This document shows positions 59,974 through 64,000 of a stretch of DNA of 64,000 bases, in pieces; within the stretch, counting starts at the first letter, position 1; the number at the start of each line of letters is the position of its first letter. The position numbers were made by a program, and so were the translations under genes. Source of the DNA: Planctomycetota bacterium (lineage in GTDB: Bacteria; Planctomycetota; UBA1135; UBA2386); assembly GCA_965223545.1 (NCBI GenBank), contig OZ245006.1:3072001-3136000 (forward strand), read 5' to 3'. The notes beneath the pieces were generated by a model. That model was given only the letters and a program-made list of their open reading frames with translations, was not told the DNA's origin and did no database searches.

Positions 59974-60857
59974 CCGAGGCGCGACTCCCCGAATCCGCGG
60001 CGCAGCGCGACGCGTGAGATCTGGTCCGACAACAGCCCCACCGCGAGGACCAGCAGCGCGCCGAGCAGCCCGAGCAACGCCGACTCGGAGAAGTCGCCCA
60101 CCCACAGGTCGTAGACCAGCTTGCAGAAGCCGATGCCGAACAGCATTGCGGCGAGCGGCACGAACACTTTGAGGGGGTTGAAGTAGACGATGGACCGCAA
60201 CACTAGGAACAGGATGTCGAACGCGTGCAGGGGCCGCATCTTCGACTGTCCGATCCTGGGCCGGTAGTTGATCGACTCGTAGCGCACCAACGCATCCGTG
60301 CACACCGCGGCCAGAGTGATCGTCGTGGTGAACGAGAAGCCGGCGGGCAAGATGTGCTCGAATCGCAGCGGAAGGGCGCGCCGCATCACCCGCATGCCCG
60401 AGTTGAGGTCGGGAATCCGGCGCCCGGCGAGGTACGTCGCCAGCCGTTGCAGGAGCCACTTCGCCGGGCGGCGGGCAGCGGGGATCGCGACATCGCCGAG
60501 CCGCGCCCCCACCACCATGTCGTAGCCGCGCAACAACGTGTCGTACAGCTGCGGCAGCGCGCCTGCGGGGTAGGTGCCATCGGCGTCGGTGATCGCCACG
60601 ATGTCGTGCCGCGCCCGCTCGATCCCGACCTTGAGGGCCGCGCCGTAGCCCCGGTTCTCCGGCAACCGGATCACGGTCGCGCCCTCGGCGCTGGCGATCG
60701 CGGAGGTCGCGTCGGTCGATCCGTCGTCGACGACGATGATCTCGAAGGCGACCCCGTGCGCGTTCAGCGCATCCCTGACCTCGCGCACGACGGCGGCGAT
60801 GCCGCCCTCCTCATCGAGGGCGGGGATCACCACCGTCAGACCTTCTTCGACAGCCAT
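59970..60857 (-). CDS. GT2 glycosyltransferase (polyprenyl-phosphate sugar transferase-like) with C-terminal TMs
   Basis: VVIPALDEE, VVDDGSTD, NRGYGAALK, DADGTY, DLNSGMR, R.G.SK. Confidence 0.92.
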   Translation of the reverse strand: MAVEEGLTVVIPALDEEGGIAAVVREVRDALNAHGVAFEIIVVDDGSTDATSAIASAEGATVIRLPENRGYGAALKVGIERARHDIVAITDADGTYPAGALPQLYDTLLRGYDMVVGARLGDVAIPAARRPAKWLLQRLATYLAGRRIPDLNSGMRVMRRALPLRFEHILPAGFSFTTTITLAAVCTDALVRYESINYRPRIGQSKMRPLHAFDILFLVLRSIVYFNPLKVFVPLAAMLFGIGFCKLVYDLWVGDFSESALLGLLGALLVLAVGLLSDQISRVALRRGFGESRLG

Positions 60858-60996
60858 GGACAAGGCACAGTGCGCGGCGCGGGCGCGGGACAGTCCGCGC
60901 CATTGTGCCACGTCGGCCGCAGGTTGCGACGTCGCCATCCGACCGACCGCACCGCGCCTTCACCGCCAGCCTCAAGACCCGGGGCGCGAGGCGGCG

Positions 60997-62355
60997 ATGC
61001 CGAAGTGGAACTTCACCATGCTCGGCAACACAGCAGCTCTCGGCCACCCGCTGGCCATCTGCGCCCTCGTTCTGTTCGGCCTCGCCTACGCGCTGGTCGT
61101 GCTCGAGGACGTCATCCACCTGAAGAAGTCCAAACCGGTGATCCTCGCCGCCGGCCTGATCTGGGTGCTGACGGCACTGGTGATGGGCGAGATCCCCGGC
61201 ATCGACCTCGAAGCCAGCGTCGGCCATCACGTCAAGGACTTCGCCGAGCTGTTCCTGTTCTTGACGGTGGCGATGACGTACGTGCACGTCATCTCCGAAC
61301 ACAACGTGTTCCTCAAGCTGAACGCGTGGTTGGTGTCGATCGGCCTCGGCCTGCGCGCGGTGTTCTGGGCCACGGGTGCGCTGGCGTTCGTCCTCTCACC
61401 GGTCGCCGACAACCTTACGACCGCCTTGCTGATGGGCGCGGTCGTCGCTCAGGTCGGCCGCGGCAACCAGCGCTTCGTCGCGCTTGCCTGCACCAACGTC
61501 GTGGTCGCGGCAAACGCGGGCGGGGCGTTCTCGCCGTTCGGCGACATCACCACGCTGATGGTGTGGCAAGCCGGCATGGTGCAGACCTCCGAGTTCGGCC
61601 GACTGTTCGTCCCGGCACTGGTCAACTGGCTGGTGCCCGCTGCCTTCATGGCCTGGGCGATTCCCAACGATCCTCCGCAGCGGCTGCGCGAGGACGTGCG
61701 GCTGGTCGCCGGCTGGCAAGTCGTCATCGCGCTCTTCTTGCTCACCATCGCCACCGCGGTGCTGTTCCACGCCCAGCTCCACCTGCCGCCGTTCCTCGGC
61801 ATGATGCTCGGCCTGAGCTACCTGATGTTCTACGGCTACGCGCGGCAGTGGGCTGCGCACCGCGACCGCTCTCGGCAACCGCTCGACGTGCTCGGCAGCG
61901 TCGCGGCGGTCGAGTGGGACACGCTGCTGTTCTTCTTCGGCGTGATCATGTGCGTCGGCGGCCTCTCCGAGCTGGGCTACCTCGGCGCGGCTTCGACCTA
62001 CCTCTACGGCGAGCTGGGTCCCACCGTCGCCAACATCGGCGTCGGCGTCATCTCGGCGGTGCTCGACAACGTGCCGGTGATGTTCGCGGTGCTGGGCATG
62101 AACCCCGAGATGGGCCAGGGCGCCGAGGCCCACTACCAATGGCTCTTGGTCACCCTCACCGCCGGAGTCGGCGGATCGCTGCTGTCGGTGGGCTCGGCCG
62201 CCGGGGTGGCCCTGATGGGCGCTTCCGGCGGCGCATACACATTCGGCAGCCACCTGCGCTGCCTGCCAGTGATCGCGTTGGGCTACGCGGCGGCGATCCT
62301 GGCCCATTGGCTGCTCAACGCCCCCGCCGAAATCGCCCTGCCGCTGACCGAGTAG
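60997..62355 (+). CDS. nhaD: Na+/H+ antiporter NhaD
   Basis: LKKSKP, FLTVAMTY, SPVADNLTTAL, AANAGGAFSPFGDITT, EWDTLLFF, DNVP, GGSLLSVGSAAGV. Confidence 0.92.
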   Translation: MPKWNFTMLGNTAALGHPLAICALVLFGLAYALVVLEDVIHLKKSKPVILAAGLIWVLTALVMGEIPGIDLEASVGHHVKDFAELFLFLTVAMTYVHVISEHNVFLKLNAWLVSIGLGLRAVFWATGALAFVLSPVADNLTTALLMGAVVAQVGRGNQRFVALACTNVVVAANAGGAFSPFGDITTLMVWQAGMVQTSEFGRLFVPALVNWLVPAAFMAWAIPNDPPQRLREDVRLVAGWQVVIALFLLTIATAVLFHAQLHLPPFLGMMLGLSYLMFYGYARQWAAHRDRSRQPLDVLGSVAAVEWDTLLFFFGVIMCVGGLSELGYLGAASTYLYGELGPTVANIGVGVISAVLDNVPVMFAVLGMNPEMGQGAEAHYQWLLVTLTAGVGGSLLSVGSAAGVALMGASGGAYTFGSHLRCLPVIALGYAAAILAHWLLNAPAEIALPLTE

Positions 62356-62420
62356 GGCAAAAGACGCAGAAACCGGTCGTCGCGCCGTCACGCCTCGCCC
62401 GGCTCGATGCAAGATGGGGC

Positions 62421-64000
62421 GTGCCCGCATCCGCCGCCGACGACGCGTTTGCCCGCTATCGCGCAACCCGCGAACCGGCGGCGATGGGCGATCTGTTCGA
62501 CGCGACCGCGGCCGAGCTGATGCGGGTCGCGACCCACTTGGCGCCCGATCTCGCCGCCGCCGAAGACCTGGTGCAGGCATGCTTCGTCACCGCCATCCAG
62601 GCCGCCGACCGGCATGACCCGGGCCGCCCGGTGCTGCCGTGGCTGCTCGGCATCCTCGGCAATCACGCCAAGCGACAGCAACAAACACGGGTCCGGCGGC
62701 CCGACCCGGCCCGCCTGCGCCCGCCCCTCACTCCATCCCAGGCACCCGAGGCGGCGGCGGCGCACCAGGAGCTCGAACGCGCGGTCAGCGACGCCATCGA
62801 GCAGCTGCCCGAGCGCTATCGCGCGGTGCTGCGCCTGCACCTGCGGCACGGTCTCGGACCGACCGACATCGCCATCGACCTGGGCCGCGCACCGGCGACC
62901 GTGCGCAAGCAGCTGCAGCGCGGCCTGCAGCGACTGCGCGCCGCCCTGCCCACCGGCGCGGCGCTGGCGCTTCCTGCCCTGCTGTTGTCGAGCCCGGGCC
63001 TCGCCGCCGTGCGCCGAGCGGTTCTGCAGGGTGCCCGCCTCCACCATGCAACGCCCGTCTTGCACCTCGCAACGCCCGGATTCCTGATGAAGAAGACGCT
63101 GATCGCGGCGACCGCCGTCTCGCTCGCTTGCCTGGTCCCCTTGCTTTGGTGGCGAGCTCCGGCGCCACCCGCATCGGCCGAGACCGACCGGACCGCATCA
63201 AGGTCGATGGAGACCGCGGCGCGCCCCACGGCCGAATCGCTGCCCCAGCCGGCGGCGGCGCGAACACCGAGCGCTGTCGCCTCGAGCGCCGCAGAGCGCG
63301 GCGCACTCGAGATCCTCGTGACCTGGAGCGACACCGGGTCGCCGGCGGCGGGCATCGAGGTGCGCGCGCTGCCTACGGCGCACGACACTCCCGCCCTCTT
63401 GCAACGACAGGCCCGCACCGACCCGGACGGCCGCGCCCGACTGGCAGGCCTGCCCGCCGGAACGTGGACGGTGGAGACGGATCGGGGGGCGCGGACCGAG
63501 GCGGCGACCACGGCGGGCCGCTCGACCCCGGTCCACTTGCACCTGCCACCGGCACTCACCGTGAAGGGCACCGCCGTGGACGATGACGGCCGCGGGGTGG
63601 GCGGCGCCGAGATCACGCTGTCCGACGCCGACGACTTCGCCGATACCGCCGTGGTCGCGAAGGCCGCGCCGGACGGGACCTTCCTGCTGCGCGGCGTGCC
63701 GCGGCGCAGCCTGATCAGCGCACGCGCTCCGGGACACCGATCCGCGATGGCCCTGCGGGCGTCCTCGGATGTCGATGGCACCGTCGAGCTGCGACTGGTG
63801 CTGCACCGCGGGGGGCGCGTCGTGCGCGGCCGGGTCGTCCGCCCCGACGGCACGCCGGTGGCCGGCGCTGCGGTGGTGGTCGGCTTCATCGTGGATGCAG
63901 ACCTGATCGTCCCGTTCGTTTCGCCGCGGACGCCCGCGCGGCCGCCGGTGATCACGCGGACCGACGCGCACGGCCGCTTCGCGGCGATCGGTGTGCGCAC
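62421..64000 (+). CDS. ECF sigma-70 factor with TM segment and C-terminal carboxypeptidase-regulatory-like repeats; runs off the right edge
   Basis: Manual translation: LFDATAAELMRVA, AEDLVQ, PWLLGIL (region 2); LPERYRAVL..L, IA..LG..PATVRKQLQRG (region 4); MKKTLIAATAVSLACLVPLLWW (TM); RTDPDGR, GRVVRPDGTPVAGA, RTDAHGRF. Confidence 0.9.
   Translation, partial: MPASAADDAFARYRATREPAAMGDLFDATAAELMRVATHLAPDLAAAEDLVQACFVTAIQAADRHDPGRPVLPWLLGILGNHAKRQQQTRVRRPDPARLRPPLTPSQAPEAAAAHQELERAVSDAIEQLPERYRAVLRLHLRHGLGPTDIAIDLGRAPATVRKQLQRGLQRLRAALPTGAALALPALLLSSPGLAAVRRAVLQGARLHHATPVLHLATPGFLMKKTLIAATAVSLACLVPLLWWRAPAPPASAETDRTASRSMETAARPTAESLPQPAAARTPSAVASSAAERGALEILVTWSDTGSPAAGIEVRALPTAHDTPALLQRQARTDPDGRARLAGLPAGTWTVETDRGARTEAATTAGRSTPVHLHLPPALTVKGTAVDDDGRGVGGAEITLSDADDFADTAVVAKAAPDGTFLLRGVPRRSLISARAPGHRSAMALRASSDVDGTVELRLVLHRGGRVVRGRVVRPDGTPVAGAAVVVGFIVDADLIVPFVSPRTPARPPVITRTDAHGRFAAIGVR

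Overview
Very GC-rich, gene-dense bacterial DNA. It is probably from a Planctomycetota-like organism, inferred from the sulfatases, PQQ-like beta-propellers, HEAT proteins and an ECF sigma factor with a large C-terminal extension. Most long ORFs in the six-frame track are antisense or off-frame shadows; about 45 real CDSs can be assigned. From left to right: (1) a hybrid NRPS/PKS locus, with a Gly-type NRPS carrying an N-terminal TubC-type docking domain (truncated at the left edge), a divergent PKS module ending in a matching acidic docking tail, and an APC permease fused to a 2OG-Fe(II) oxygenase; (2) sulfatase, arylsulfotransferase and housekeeping genes; (3) a 14-kb signal-transduction island (TonB receptor, binding protein, four His kinases, two FIST proteins, a CheY-like regulator, Roadblock-like and DUF4388 proteins); (4) a redox block (MsrA, pentaheme cytochrome-HEAT protein, DJ-1 fusion, and a redoxin with an in-frame UGA); (5) beta-propeller genes and a second sulfatase; (6) two convergent glyco/lipid-modifying operons; (7) nhaD and an extended ECF sigma factor truncated at the right edge. 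The strongest hidden signal is a probable selenoprotein: a UxxC redoxin split by TGA at 44011-44013, with a SECIS-like hairpin just downstream. No rRNA, tRNA, CRISPR array or mobile element was recognised. All family calls come from reading motifs by eye, not from database searches.
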